Origin: a virus
Taxonomy: Duplodnaviria; Heunggongvirae; Uroviricota; Caudoviricetes
DNA length: 21,924 bases
Strand: one strand, 5' to 3'
IMG/VR virus record: IMGVR_UViG_2609459845_000023
Span: 1-21,924 of that record
Numbering within the stretch: the first letter of the stretch is position 1; the number at the start of each line of letters is the position of its first letter. Below are positions 7,648-17,028 of the stretch, piece by piece. The notes below the pieces were generated by a model. It had not been told where the DNA came from. It worked only from the letters and a program-made list of their open reading frames with translations, and did no database searches. The translations under genes and the position numbers were made by a program.

Positions 7648-8064
7648 TTATACCTCTGAATCAATATCAACCTGATGGTGAGCAATGGTTTCAACCATGT
7701 ACCGGATGTGTTCTGCCATGCGCTCCTGAAACTCAACATCGTCATCAAACGCACGGGTAATGGCTTTTTTGCTGGCCCCGTGGCGTTGCAAATGATCGAT
7801 GCATAGCGATTCAAACAGGTGCTGGGGCAGGCCTTTTTCCATGTCGTCTGCCAGTTCTGCCTCTTTCTCTTCACGGGCGATCTGCTGGTAGTGACGCGCC
7901 CAGCTCTGAGCCTCAAGACGATCCTGAATGTAATAAGCGTTCATGGCTGAACTCCTGAAATAGCTGTGAAAATATCGTCCGCGAAATGCCGGGCTGATTA
8001 GGAAAACAGGGAAGGGGGGTAGTGAATGCTTTTGCTTGATCTCAGTTTCAGTATTAATATCCAT
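7648..8064 (-). CDS. gam: lambda Gam (RecBCD inhibitor)
   Basis: 138-aa [77 protein letters not shown]..., recognised as lambda Gam. Confidence 0.95.
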   Translation of the reverse strand: MDINTETEIKQKHSLPPFPVFLISPAFRGRYFHSYFRSSAMNAYYIQDRLEAQSWARHYQQIAREEKEAELADDMEKGLPQHLFESLCIDHLQRHGASKKAITRAFDDDVEFQERMAEHIRYMVETIAHHQVDIDSEV

Positions 8065-8162
8065 TTTTTATAAGCGTCGACGGCCTCACGAAACATCTTT
8101 TCATCGCCAATAAAAGTGGCGATAGTGAATTTAGTCTGGATAGCCATAAGTGTTTGATCCAT
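7998..8162 (-). CDS. kil: host-killing / cell-division inhibitor Kil
   Basis: internal start of track ORF 7998..8288 at [39 protein letters not shown]...; start overlaps the cIII 3' end by 32 nt as in lambda; exact C-terminus and length versus lambda uncertain. Confidence 0.8.
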   Translation of the reverse strand: MDQTLMAIQTKFTIATFIGDEKMFREAVDAYKKWILILKLRSSKSIHYPPSLFS

Positions 8163-8295
8163 TTTTTGGGACTCCTGGCTGATTAAGTATGTCGATAAGG
8201 CGTTTCCATCCGTCACGTAATTTACGGGTGATTCGTTCAAGTAAAGATTCGGAAGGGCAGCCAGCAACAGGCCACCCTGCAATGGCATATTGCAT
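8131..8295 (-). CDS. cIII: lambda CIII (FtsH inhibitor, stabilises CII)
   Basis: hand-translated 54-aa [57 protein letters not shown]; SD TAAGGAG upstream; below the track length cutoff. Confidence 0.9.
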   Translation of the reverse strand: MQYAIAGWPVAGCPSESLLERITRKLRDGWKRLIDILNQPGVPKNGSNTYGYPD

Positions 8296-8367
8296 GGTGT
8301 GCTCCTTATTTATACATAACGAAAAACGCCTCGAGTGAAGCGTTATTGGTATGCGGTAACGCCGCGC

Positions 8368-8736
8368 TCAGGCGGCTTTGATAGTCATATCATCTGGATC
8401 AAATATTCCTGATGTATCGATATCGGTAATTCTTATTCCTTCGCTACCATCCATTGGAGGCCATCCTTCCTGACCATTTCCATCATTCCAGTCGAACTCA
8501 CACACAACACCATATGCATTTAAGTCGCTTGAAATTGCTATAAGCAGAGCATGTTGCGCCAGCATGATTAATACAGCATTTAATACAGAGCCGTGTTTAT
8601 TGAGTCGGTATTCAGAGTCTGACCAGAAATTATTAATCTGGTGAAGTTTTTCCTCTGTCATTACGTCATGGTCGATTTCAATTTCTATTGATGCTTTCCA
8701 GTCGTAATCAATGATGTATTTTTTGATGTTTGACAT
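8368..8736 (-). CDS. ea10: lambda Ea10 (early single-strand-binding-like protein)
   Basis: 122-aa ORF MSNIKKYIIDYDWKASIEIEIDHDVMTEEKLHQINNFWSDSEYRLNKHGS...; same length and same 73-nt spacing from cIII as in lambda. Confidence 0.85.
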   Translation of the reverse strand: MSNIKKYIIDYDWKASIEIEIDHDVMTEEKLHQINNFWSDSEYRLNKHGSVLNAVLIMLAQHALLIAISSDLNAYGVVCEFDWNDGNGQEGWPPMDGSEGIRITDIDTSGIFDPDDMTIKAA

Positions 8737-8754
8737 CTGTTCATATCCTCACAG

Positions 8755-8782
8755 ATAAAAAATCGCCCTCACACTGGAGGGC
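8755..8782 (-). terminator. intrinsic terminator (tL2-region) upstream of ea10
   Basis: minus-strand hairpin GCCCTC-CAGTGT-GAGGGC followed by GATTTTTTAT. Confidence 0.45.
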
Positions 8783-8844
8783 AAAGAAGATTTCCAATAA
8801 TCAGAACAAGTCGACTCCTGTTTAGTTACGAGCGACATTGCTCC

Positions 8845-8872
8845 GTGTATTCACTCGTTGGAATGAATACAC
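8845..8872. repeat. 9-bp inverted repeat GTGTATTCA / TGAATACAC with 10-nt spacer
   Basis: read directly; lies between two terminator hairpins in the gap between the ral-slot gene and ea10. Confidence 0.5.
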
Positions 8873-8905
8873 AGTGCAGTGTTTATTCTGTTGTTTGCGT
8901 GAAAA

Positions 8906-8927
8906 TGAAACCCGCCTGAGCGGGTTA
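8906..8927 (-). terminator. intrinsic terminator overlapping the stop of the ral-slot gene
   Basis: minus-strand hairpin AACCCGC-TCAG-GCGGGTT followed by TCATTTTC. Confidence 0.5.
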
Positions 8928-9653
8928 TGACCACTTTTTGTTTGGATTTCGTTGGTGAGCGTGGTTTACAGGATTATTTGATATACCCCATAACTCTGAC
9001 TCGCTTATCTCTACACGAGAGAAAGACCTGCTTTCTTTCAGTTCTTTTATAAACCTAGAACCTACGATGACATCTATTGTCCCAGAAAGTTCTTGTAAAA
9101 GATCTTTGTTTTTTCTGAGGAAGAAAACATCTTCTTTATATTTAATTTTTACATAGAATTTATTCTGTATTTTTAATATATCAAAGCATGGCAGATATCT
9201 ATATCCCTCATGCTTTCGCCACTGCTTAACAATTATAACATCTCTTTCATTTACTGCATTAATCAGCCCAAGACCAAGTATAGGTATGAATATTCTATTG
9301 TCTGCCGAAAGCGTACAATTATTACCACCAGGCAAATATGTATAAATCATGTCGGAATTTTTATTCGCATCAACGAATGCACGTAAGAATCGTACATATT
9401 TTTGCCATCCGTTTATACCAAATTTACCATATAAGTATTCTTTATTTGTTAGAAGAAAACTATTTGTATCAGGAGCCTTATCTACAGACCTGTCGATAAG
9501 ATCTCCAACTACGTTTACAAAGTCAAAGACAGAGTTTAATAAGAACAATTGTCTTTCAGTCGGGCGAATTTCAATTATGTAGCCTGGATGAAGACGATAT
9601 TGCATCTGCTTACGAAGTATGCTGAACGCTTGGGTCCGGGCATCTGAAAGCAA
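8925..9653 (-). CDS. hypothetical AT-rich protein occupying the lambda ral/sieB slot (242 aa from TTG at 9653; 226 aa from first ATG at 9605)
   Basis: track ORF; body 8930..9540 is strongly AT-rich by eye while the 5' ~100 nt is GC-normal; no family recognised; does not match lambda Ral. Confidence 0.65.
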   Translation of the reverse strand: MLSDARTQAFSILRKQMQYRLHPGYIIEIRPTERQLFLLNSVFDFVNVVGDLIDRSVDKAPDTNSFLLTNKEYLYGKFGINGWQKYVRFLRAFVDANKNSDMIYTYLPGGNNCTLSADNRIFIPILGLGLINAVNERDVIIVKQWRKHEGYRYLPCFDILKIQNKFYVKIKYKEDVFFLRKNKDLLQELSGTIDVIVGSRFIKELKESRSFSRVEISESELWGISNNPVNHAHQRNPNKKWS

Positions 9654-9803
9654 CTTCCTGTCGCCATCGCCGTGAGCATTGTTTCTAATAAAACTGATAT
9701 AATTTGCTAATTTTTCAGCCTCTTTTTTGTGTTTTTTTTCGCTCTGATGCTGAGTCTATTGGTTTTGGTATGGACTTGTAATCAATTTTCTTCATTACGT
9801 ACC

Positions 9804-10127
9804 TCATGCCAATGGAATGGATTTCCCTTTAACCTTTTGTCTTCCTTGACAAGTTATACCGAACTCACTTGGCTTGCTATACCAAACTCGAAGATTCTTG
9901 CGCTCAATACGTTGCAGGTTGCTTTCAATCTGTTCGTGGTATTCAGCCAGCACCGTAAGGTCTATCGGATTCAGTGCGCTTTCTACTCGTGATTTCGGTT
10001 TGCGATTCAGCGAGAGAATAGGGCGGTTAACTGGTTTTGCGCTTACCCCAACCAACAGGGGATTTGCTGCTTTCCATTGAGCCTGTTTCTCTGCGCGACG
10101 TTCGCGGCGGCGTGTTTGTGCATCCAT
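9804..10127 (-). CDS. N: lambda N transcription antiterminator
   Basis: internal start of track ORF at MDAQTRRRERRAEKQAQWKAANPLLVGVSAKPVNRPILSLNRKPKSRVESALNPIDLTVLAEYH... (107 aa), recognised as lambda N. Confidence 0.95.
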   Translation of the reverse strand: MDAQTRRRERRAEKQAQWKAANPLLVGVSAKPVNRPILSLNRKPKSRVESALNPIDLTVLAEYHEQIESNLQRIERKNLRVWYSKPSEFGITCQGRQKVKGKSIPLA

Positions 10128-10285
10128 CTGGATTCTCTTGTCAGTTAGCTTTGGTGGTGTGTGTGAGTCGTAGTCCTGAACGAAAACACCCCACGATTGG
10201 CTCATTTGCAGCTAATCCGGATTCGCACTTCCGGCCAATGCTTCGTTTCGTATCACACACCCCAAAGCCTTCTGCTTTGAATGCT

Positions 10286-10317
10286 GCCCTTCTTCAGGGC
10301 TTAATTTTTAAGAGCAT
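10286..10317 (-). promoter_or_regulatory. nutL: nutL (boxB GCCCTGAAGAAGGGC; boxA-like TGCTCTTAA)
   Basis: minus-strand read GATGCTCTTAAAAATTAAGCCCTGAAGAAGGGCAGCA; boxB identical to lambda nutL, boxA differs at its first base from my recollection of lambda (CGCTCTTA). Confidence 0.85.
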
Positions 10318-10354
10318 CACCTTCAATGGTGGTCAGTGCGTCCTGCTGATGGTT

Positions 10355-10430
10355 TAAAATTACAAAAAAGATTGTATGTTGTAAACAAGAAATATTGTAA
10401 GAAAGGGGCATGAAAAACAAACTCCATTGT
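10355..10430 (-). promoter_or_regulatory. 434-type OL operators (three ACAA-N6-TTGT sites) with pL
   Basis: ACAAAAAAGATTGT (10362..10375), ACAAGAAATATTGT (10385..10398), ACAAACTCCATTGT (10417..10430); leftward promoter-like hexamers TTGTTT...TGTAAT overlap them. Confidence 0.75.
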
Positions 10431-10480
10431 TTTTAAACGGAAAATAGTTTGTTTTTTGGTTATCGAGATTGAGGTGGGGA

Positions 10481-11836
<1,356 letters not shown>

Positions 11837-11844
11837 GACATTCC

Positions 11845-11876
11845 CGCTCTTACACATCCCAGCCCTGAAAAAGGGC
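11845..11876 (+). promoter_or_regulatory. nutR: nutR (boxA CGCTCTTAC, boxB GCCCTGAAAAAGGGC)
   Basis: read directly: CGCTCTTACACATCCCAGCCCTGAAAAAGGGC, matching lambda nutR. Confidence 0.9.
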
Positions 11877-11894
11877 ATCAAATTAAACCACACC

Positions 11895-11930
11895 TATGGT
11901 GTATGCATTTATTTGCATACATTCAATCAA
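11895..11930 (+). terminator. tR1 region (hairpin GTATGCA-TTTATT-TGCATAC)
   Basis: sequence ATGGTGTATGCATTTATTTGCATACATTCAATCAATTG recognised as the lambda tR1 region between nutR and cII. Confidence 0.6.
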
Positions 11931-11955
11931 TTGTTATCTAAGGAAATACTTACAT

Positions 11956-12249
11956 ATGGTTCGTGCAAACAAACGCAACGAGGCTCTACGAATCGAGAGT
12001 GCGTTGCTTAACAAAATCGCAATGCTTGGAACTGAGAAGACAGCGGAAGCTGTGGGCGTTGATAAGTCGCAGATCAGCAGGTGGAAGAGGGACTGGATTC
12101 CAAAGTTCTCAATGCTGCTTGCTGTTCTTGAATGGGGGGTCGTTGACGACGACATGGCTCGATTGGCGCGACAAGTTGCTGCGATTCTCACCAATAAAAA
12201 ACGCCCGGCGGCAACCGAGCGTTCTGAACAAATCCAGATGGAGTTCTGA
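11956..12249 (+). CDS. cII: lambda CII transcriptional activator
   Basis: internal start of track ORF at MVRANKRNEALRIESALLNKIAMLGTEKTAEAVGVDKSQISRWKRDWIPKFSMLLAVLEWGVVDDDMARLARQVAAILTNKKRPAATERSEQIQMEF (97 aa). Confidence 0.95.
   Translation: MVRANKRNEALRIESALLNKIAMLGTEKTAEAVGVDKSQISRWKRDWIPKFSMLLAVLEWGVVDDDMARLARQVAAILTNKKRPAATERSEQIQMEF
11965..11978 (-). promoter_or_regulatory. CII-binding repeat TTGC-N6-TTGC of pRE
   Basis: minus-strand read TTGCGTTTGTTTGC inside the 5' end of cII, as in lambda pRE. Confidence 0.7.
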
Positions 12250-12271
12250 GGTCATTACTGGATCTATCAAC
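12195..12271 (-). ncRNA. oop: oop antisense RNA (77 nt) with its intrinsic terminator
   Basis: minus-strand read GTTGATAGATCCAGTAATGACCTCAGAACTCCATCTGGATTTGTTCAGAACGCTCGGTTGCCGCCGGGCGTTTTTTATT matches lambda oop; antisense to the cII 3' end. Confidence 0.8.
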
Positions 12272-12281
12272 AGGAGTCATT

Positions 12282-13181
12282 ATGACAAATACAGCAAAAA
12301 TACTCAACTTCGGCAGAGGTAACTTTGCCGGACAGGAGCGTAATGTGGCAGATCTCGATGATGGTTACGCCAGACTATCAAATATGCTGCTTGAGGCTTA
12401 TTCGGGCGCAGATCTGACCAAGCGACAGTTTAAAGTGCTGCTTGCCATTCTGCGTAAAACCTATGGGTGGAATAAACCAATGGACAGAATCACCGATTCT
12501 CAACTTAGCGAGATTACAAAGTTACCCGTCAAACGGTGCAATGAAGCCAAGTTAGAACTCGTCAGAATGAATATTATCAAGCAGCAAGGCGGCATGTTTG
12601 GACCAAATAAAAACATCTCAGAATGGTGCATCCCTCAAAACGAGGGAAAATCCCCTAAAACGAGGGATAAAACATCCCTCAAATTGGGGGATTGCTATCC
12701 CTCAAAACAGGGGGACACAAAAGACACTATTACAAAAGAAAAAAGAAAAGATTATTCGTCAGAGAATTCTGGCGAATCCTCTGACCAGCCAGAAAACGAC
12801 CTTTCTGTGGTGAAACCGGATGCTGCAATTCAGAGCGGCAGCAAGTGGGGGACAGCAGAAGACCTGACCGCCGCAGAGTGGATGTTTGACATGGTGAAGA
12901 CTATCGCACCATCAGCCAGAAAACCGAATTTTGCTGGGTGGGCTAACGATATCCGCCTGATGCGTGAACGTGACGGACGTAACCACCGTGACATGTGCGT
13001 GCTGTTCCGCTGGGCATGCCAGGACAACTTCTGGTCCGGTAACGTGCTGAGCCCGGCCAAACTCCGCGATAAGTGGACCCAACTCGAAATCAACCGTAAC
13101 AAGCAACAGGCAGGCATGACAGCCAGCAAACCAAAACTCGACCTGACAAACACAGACTGGATTTACGGGGTGGATCTATGA
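12282..13181 (+). CDS. O: lambda O replication initiator
   Basis: 299-aa ORF MTNTAKILNFGRGNFAGQERNVADLDDGYARLSNMLLEAYSGADLTKRQFKVLLAILRKTYGWNKPMDRITDSQLSEITKLPVKRCNEAKLELVRMNIIKQQGGMF... Confidence 0.97.
   Translation: MTNTAKILNFGRGNFAGQERNVADLDDGYARLSNMLLEAYSGADLTKRQFKVLLAILRKTYGWNKPMDRITDSQLSEITKLPVKRCNEAKLELVRMNIIKQQGGMFGPNKNISEWCIPQNEGKSPKTRDKTSLKLGDCYPSKQGDTKDTITKEKRKDYSSENSGESSDQPENDLSVVKPDAAIQSGSKWGTAEDLTAAEWMFDMVKTIAPSARKPNFAGWANDIRLMRERDGRNHRDMCVLFRWACQDNFWSGNVLSPAKLRDKWTQLEINRNKQQAGMTASKPKLDLTNTDWIYGVDL
12629..12760 (+). repeat. ori: ori-lambda: four iterons (ATCCCTCAAAACGAGGGA-like) plus adjacent AT-rich region
   Basis: TCCCTCAAAACGAGGGA / TCCCCTAAAACGAGGGA / TCCCTCAAATTGGGGGA / TCCCTCAAAACAGGGGGA followed by ACAAAAGACACTATTACAAAAGAAAAAAGAAAAGATTATT, inside O. 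Confidence 0.9.
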
Positions 13182-13879
13182 AAAACATCGCCGCACAGAT
13201 GGTTAACTTTGACCGTGAGCAGATGCGTCGGATCGCCAACAACATGCCGGAACAGTACGACGAAAAGCCGCAGGTACAGCAGGTAGCGCAGATCATCAAC
13301 GGTGTGTTCAGCCAGTTACTGGCAACTTTCCCGGCGAGCCTGGCTAACCGTGACCAGAACGAAGTGAACGAAATCCGTCGCCAGTGGGTTCTGGCTTTTC
13401 GGGAAAACGGGATCACCACGATGGAACAGGTTAACGCAGGAATGCGCGTAGCCCGTCGGCAGAATCGACCATTTCTGCCATCACCCGGGCAGTTTGTTGC
13501 ATGGTGCCGGGAAGAAGCATCCGTTACCGCCGGACTGCCAAACGTCAGCGAGCTGGTTGATATGGTTTACGAGTATTGCCGGAAGCGAGGCCTGTATCCG
13601 GATGCGGAGTCTTATCCGTGGAAATCAAACGCGCACTACTGGCTGGTTACCAACCTGTATCAGAACATGCGGGCCAATGCGCTTACTGATGCGGAATTAC
13701 GCCGTAAGGCCGCAGATGAGCTTGTCCATATGACTGCGAGAATTAACCGTGGTGAGGCGATCCCTGAACCAGTAAAACAACTTCCTGTCATGGGCGGTAG
13801 ACCTCTAAATCGTGCACAGGCTCTGGCGAAGATCGCAGAAATCAAAGCTAAGTTCGGACTGAAAGGAGCAAGTGTATGA
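13178..13879 (+). CDS. P: lambda P (DnaB helicase loader)
   Basis: 233-aa ORF MKNIAAQMVNFDREQMRRIANNMPEQYDEKPQVQQVAQIINGVFSQLLATFPASLANRDQNEVNEIRRQWVLAF... Confidence 0.97.
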   Translation: MKNIAAQMVNFDREQMRRIANNMPEQYDEKPQVQQVAQIINGVFSQLLATFPASLANRDQNEVNEIRRQWVLAFRENGITTMEQVNAGMRVARRQNRPFLPSPGQFVAWCREEASVTAGLPNVSELVDMVYEYCRKRGLYPDAESYPWKSNAHYWLVTNLYQNMRANALTDAELRRKAADELVHMTARINRGEAIPEPVKQLPVMGGRPLNRAQALAKIAEIKAKFGLKGASV

Positions 13880-14166
13880 CGGGCAAAGAGGCAATTATTC
13901 ATTACCTGGGGACGCATAATAGCTTCTGTGCGCCGGACGTTGCCGCGCTAACAGGCGCAACAGTAACCAGCATAAATCAGGCCGCGGCTAAAATGGCACG
14001 GGCAGGTCTTCTGGTTATCGAAGGTAAGGTCTGGCGAACGGTGTATTACCGATTTGCTACCAGGGAAGAACGGGAAGGAAAGATGAGCACGAACCTGATT
14101 TTTAAGGAGTGTCGCCAGAGTGCCGCGATGAAACGGGTATTGGCAGTATATGGAGTTAAAAGATGA
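13876..14166 (+). CDS. ren: lambda Ren
   Basis: 96-aa ORF MTGKEAIIHYLGTHNSFCAPDVAALTGATVTSINQAAAKMARAGLLVIEGKVWRTVYYRFATREEREGK... Confidence 0.9.
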   Translation: MTGKEAIIHYLGTHNSFCAPDVAALTGATVTSINQAAAKMARAGLLVIEGKVWRTVYYRFATREEREGKMSTNLIFKECRQSAAMKRVLAVYGVKR

Positions 14167-14190
14167 CCATCTACATCACTGAGCTAATAA

Positions 14191-14223
14191 CAGGCCTGCT
14201 GGTAATCGCAGGCCTTTTTATTT
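14191..14223 (+). terminator. tR2 intrinsic terminator between ren and ninB
   Basis: hairpin AGGCCTGC-TGGTAATC-GCAGGCCT followed by TTTTTATTT. Confidence 0.8.
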
Positions 14224-14239
14224 GGGGGAGAGGGAAGTC

Positions 14240-14680
14240 ATGAAAAAACTAACCTTTGAAATTCGATCTCCAGCACATCAGCAAAACGCTATTCACGCGG
14301 TACAGCAAATTCTTCCAGACCCAACCAAACCAATCGTAGTAACCATTCAGGAACGCAACCGCAGCTTAGACCAGAATCGAAAGCTTTGGGCTTGCCTTGG
14401 TGACGTCTCTCGTCAGGTTGAATGGCATGGTCGCTGGCTGGATGCAGAAAGCTGGAAGTGTGTGTTTACCGCAGCATTAAAGCAGCAGGATGTTGTTCCT
14501 AACCTTGCCGGGAATGGCTTTGTGGTAATAGGCCAGTCAACCAGCAGGATGCGTGTAAACGAATTTGCGGAGCTATTAGAGCTTATACAGGCATTCGGTA
14601 CAGAGCGTGGCGTTAAGTGGTCAGACGAAGCGCGACTGGCTCTCGAATGGAAAGCGCGATGGGGAGATCGGGCTGCATGA
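14240..14680 (+). CDS. ninB: NinB (Orf recombination mediator, nin146)
   Basis: 146 aa from MKKLTFEIRSPAHQQNAIHAVQQILPDPTKPIVVTIQERNRSLDQNRKLWACLGDVSRQVEWHGRWLDAESWKCVFTAALKQQD..., recognised as lambda NinB. Confidence 0.93.
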   Translation: MKKLTFEIRSPAHQQNAIHAVQQILPDPTKPIVVTIQERNRSLDQNRKLWACLGDVSRQVEWHGRWLDAESWKCVFTAALKQQDVVPNLAGNGFVVIGQSTSRMRVNEFAELLELIQAFGTERGVKWSDEARLALEWKARWGDRAA

Positions 14681-15205
14681 CTATCAAATCAAATACGCCA
14701 GCACACGACAAGGACTGCTGGCAAACGCCGCTTTGGCTTTTTGATGCACTGGATATTGAGTTTGGATTCTGGCTGGATTCGGCAGCGAGCGACAAAAAAT
14801 GCTCTGTGCGCTCACTGGTTAACTGAGGCCGACGACGCGCTAAATTCTGAGTGGATAAGCCACGGTGCAATCTGGAATAACCCACCGTACAGCAATATCA
14901 GGCCGTGGGTGGAAAAAGCCGCTGAGCAGTGCATACAACAGCGACAGACGGTAGTTATGCTTGTGCCAGAGGATATGTCAGTCGGATGGTTCAGCAAGGC
15001 TCTGGAGAGTGTCGACGAAGTTCGCATTATCACTGATGGACGGATTAATTTTATCGAACCATCGACAGGGCTGGAGAAGAAGGGAAACAGCAAAGGCTCC
15101 ATGCTGCTGATTTGGCGACCGTTCATCAGTCCTCGACGGATGTTTACTACCGTATCCAAAGCGGCATTGATGGCGATCGGGCAGGGCGTCAGGAGGGCGG
15201 CATGA
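14677..15205 (+). pseudogene. phage Dam-family DNA N6-adenine methyltransferase, frameshifted in an A6 run (14794..14799)
   Basis: two track ORFs in different frames (14617..14826 and 14741..15205) join into one protein, MTIKSNTPAHDKDCWQTPLWLFDALDIEFGFWLDSAASD / KNALCAHWLTEADDALNSEWISHGAIWNNPPYSNI..., if one A is removed; NPPY motif present; start overlaps the ninB stop (ATGA). Confidence 0.75.
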
Positions 15206-15354
15206 GGCGACAGCGACGAAGTTTCACCGACATCATCTGCGAAAACTGCAAATACCTTCCAACGAAACGCTCCAGAAATAAACGCAAGCCAATCCCAAAA
15301 GAATCTGACGTAAAAATCTTCAATTACACAGCTCACCTGTGGGATATCCGGTAG
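15202..15354 (+). CDS. ninE: NinE (50 aa here; lambda NinE is 60 aa)
   Basis: [50 protein letters not shown]; SD AGGAGGG upstream; start overlaps the Dam stop; C-terminus shorter than lambda nin60. Confidence 0.85.
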   Translation: MRRQRRSFTDIICENCKYLPTKRSRNKRKPIPKESDVKIFNYTAHLWDIR

Positions 15355-15380
15355 CTAAGATATCGTGCGAGGAAATGACA

Positions 15381-15722
15381 ATGGATTATTCACAGTTAAG
15401 TGATTTTGAAATTAACAGAATGGTAGGAGACATAATTTTTAAAGGCCTTTGGGCAAGTAAACCGGAAACATCAGGGAATAACACCAACAAATGGTATTAC
15501 GGAAATGCTTATACAACTTTTGAGCCATTAAATCATTTGCCTGACTACTGCAATGATCCGAGCGCTTCATGGCCGATTATTGAGAAATACAGGATTTCTA
15601 TCTTAGACCAGTTAACTGAATGGTGTGTGGATGCAAAAGGCGTAAGCCCAATATTTGATACCAGACCTCTCCGCGCCGCCATGATTGTCTTTCTCCTGAT
15701 GCAGGAGGCCAATAATGCTTAG
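15381..15722 (+). CDS. hypothetical protein (113 aa from [15 protein letters not shown]) immediately upstream of the holin
   Basis: track ORF 15339..15722; likely start at ATG 15381 with GAGG 8 nt upstream; not Q-like (only 2 Cys, no zinc-finger motif). Confidence 0.5.
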   Translation: MDYSQLSDFEINRMVGDIIFKGLWASKPETSGNNTNKWYYGNAYTTFEPLNHLPDYCNDPSASWPIIEKYRISILDQLTEWCVDAKGVSPIFDTRPLRAAMIVFLLMQEANNA

Positions 15723-15975
15723 CCCATCTCAATCCCTTCAATACCTGAAAGAAAGCGTCGAGCGGGTATTAACGTGCGCTATGGACAAAATCAGAGAATG
15801 GTTCAGTTACAGCTTCGGAGGACTGACTGCGATGGGTGGCATTCTCTCCCTGAATGACTGGGCTGTCATCATTGGTATTCTTTGTACTGTCGGCACATTT
15901 GGCATCAACTGGTACTACAAGCGCAAAGAGCGCGAGGACAGATTGAATGGCAATGTCACCGGCACTACGAAATAG
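15715..15975 (+). CDS. putative holin (86 aa)
   Basis: track ORF; hydrophobic core [34 protein letters not shown] followed by charged tail [12 protein letters not shown]; positioned directly upstream of the endolysin. Confidence 0.6.
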   Translation: MLSPSQSLQYLKESVERVLTCAMDKIREWFSYSFGGLTAMGGILSLNDWAVIIGILCTVGTFGINWYYKRKEREDRLNGNVTGTTK

Positions 15976-16450
15976 CGTAATAGCGGCGATAAGTGGCGGG
16001 GCTATTGCTATAGCATCTGTGTTAATCACTGGACCGAGTGGTAACGATGGTCTGGAAGGTGTCAGCTACATACCATACAAAGATATTGTTGGTGTATGGA
16101 CTGTATGCCACGGACACACCGGAAAAGACATCATGCTCGGTAAAACGTATACCGAAGCAGAATGCAAAGCCCTCCTGAATAAAGACCTTGCCACGGTCGC
16201 CAGACAAATTAACCCGTACATCAAAGTCGATATACCGGAAACAACGCGCGGCGCTCTTTACTCGTTCGTCTATAACGTGGGCACAGGCAATTTCAGAACA
16301 TCGACGCTTCTTCGCAAAATAAACCAGGGCGATATCAAGGGCGCATGTGATCAGCTACGGCGCTGGACATACGCTGGCGGTAAGCAATGGAAAGGGCTGA
16401 TGACCCGTCGTGAGATTGAGCGTGAAGTCTGTTTGTGGGGGCAACAATGA
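15947..16450 (+). CDS. SAR-endolysin (T4-lysozyme-like muramidase with N-terminal signal-anchor-release segment)
   Basis: track ORF; N-terminal weakly hydrophobic Gly/Ala-rich segment [20 protein letters not shown] then [19 protein letters not shown]...; resembles RrrD-type prophage lysozymes of E. coli. Confidence 0.88.
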   Translation: MAMSPALRNSVIAAISGGAIAIASVLITGPSGNDGLEGVSYIPYKDIVGVWTVCHGHTGKDIMLGKTYTEAECKALLNKDLATVARQINPYIKVDIPETTRGALYSFVYNVGTGNFRTSTLLRKINQGDIKGACDQLRRWTYAGGKQWKGLMTRREIEREVCLWGQQ

Positions 16451-16538
16451 GCATGATTTGCTTTTTCATGGCAGCGTTGCTCGCATTGAATGGCAACGAT
16501 GCGTGGCCGTGGTTTCTGGCCGTTGGGGTGTTGATGTC

Positions 16539-16997
16539 ATGAGTCGGTTAACCGCGATTATCTCCGCTCTGGTTATCTGCATCATCGTCTGCCTGTCGTG
16601 GGCGGTCAATCATTACCGTGATAACGCAATCGCCTACAAAGAGCAGCGCGATAACAAGGCCAGTGAACTGGAGAAGGCGAACGCCACCATCGCTGACATG
16701 CGGAAGCGTCAACGTGATGTAGCAGAACTCGATGCCAGATATACAAAGGAGCTTGCTGATGCTAACGCGACTATCGAAAGTCTCCGTGCTGATGTTTCTG
16801 CTGGTCGTAAGCGCCTGCAAGTCGCCGCCACCTGTGCAAAGTCAACGACCGGAGCCAGCAGCATGGGCGATGGAGAAAGCCCAAGACTTACAGCAGATGC
16901 TGAACTCAATTATTACCGTCTCCGAAGTGGAATCGACAAGATAACCGCGCAGGTTAACTACCTGCAGGAATACATCAGGACGCAATGCCTGAAATAA
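16539..16997 (+). CDS. Rz-like i-spanin (153 aa)
   Basis: internal start of track ORF 16410..16997 at [26 protein letters not shown] (N-terminal TM) followed by coiled-coil-like sequence; SD GGGGTG upstream. Confidence 0.8.
   Translation: MSRLTAIISALVICIIVCLSWAVNHYRDNAIAYKEQRDNKASELEKANATIADMRKRQRDVAELDARYTKELADANATIESLRADVSAGRKRLQVAATCAKSTTGASSMGDGESPRLTADAELNYYRLRSGIDKITAQVNYLQEYIRTQCLK
16759..16944 (+). CDS. Rz1-like o-spanin lipoprotein embedded in the +1 frame of Rz (61 aa)
   Basis: [20 protein letters not shown] lipoprotein signal (lipobox VSAC), then Pro-rich [12 protein letters not shown]; SD AAGGA 8 nt upstream; entirely within Rz. Confidence 0.7.
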   Translation: MLTRLSKVSVLMFLLVVSACKSPPPVQSQRPEPAAWAMEKAQDLQQMLNSIITVSEVESTR

Positions 16998-17028
16998 TTT
17001 TTTTGCAAATCACAAAGTCAATTTAATG

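Noticed and set aside
7174-7916. Several ORFs on both strands overlapping bet and gam
   Set aside because: Out-of-frame overlaps of well-recognised lambda genes.
9729-10357. Plus-strand ORFs (87, 68, 106 aa) over N and nutL
   Set aside because: Antisense to N and spanning the nut site and operators; lambda has no gene here.
12629-12716. Tandem 18-19 bp repeats that could be mistaken for a CRISPR array or generic tandem repeat
   Set aside because: They are the four ori-lambda iterons inside the O gene, with no spacers of CRISPR length.
12598-13917. Assorted ORFs on both strands within O and P
   Set aside because: Alternative frames of recognised lambda O and P.
14613-15336. Minus-strand ORFs of 90 and 174 aa across the Dam/ninE region
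   Set aside because: Antisense to the coupled ninB-Dam-ninE frames; no start context.
15355-15722. Possibility that the 113-aa ORF is a Q-type antiterminator
   Set aside because: Too short and lacks a Cys-rich zinc-binding motif; no intergenic promoter/qut-like region follows it.
16548-16909. Minus-strand ORFs of 90 and 66 aa within Rz
   Set aside because: Antisense to Rz/Rz1; the embedded plus-strand +1 frame (Rz1) explains the open alternative frame.
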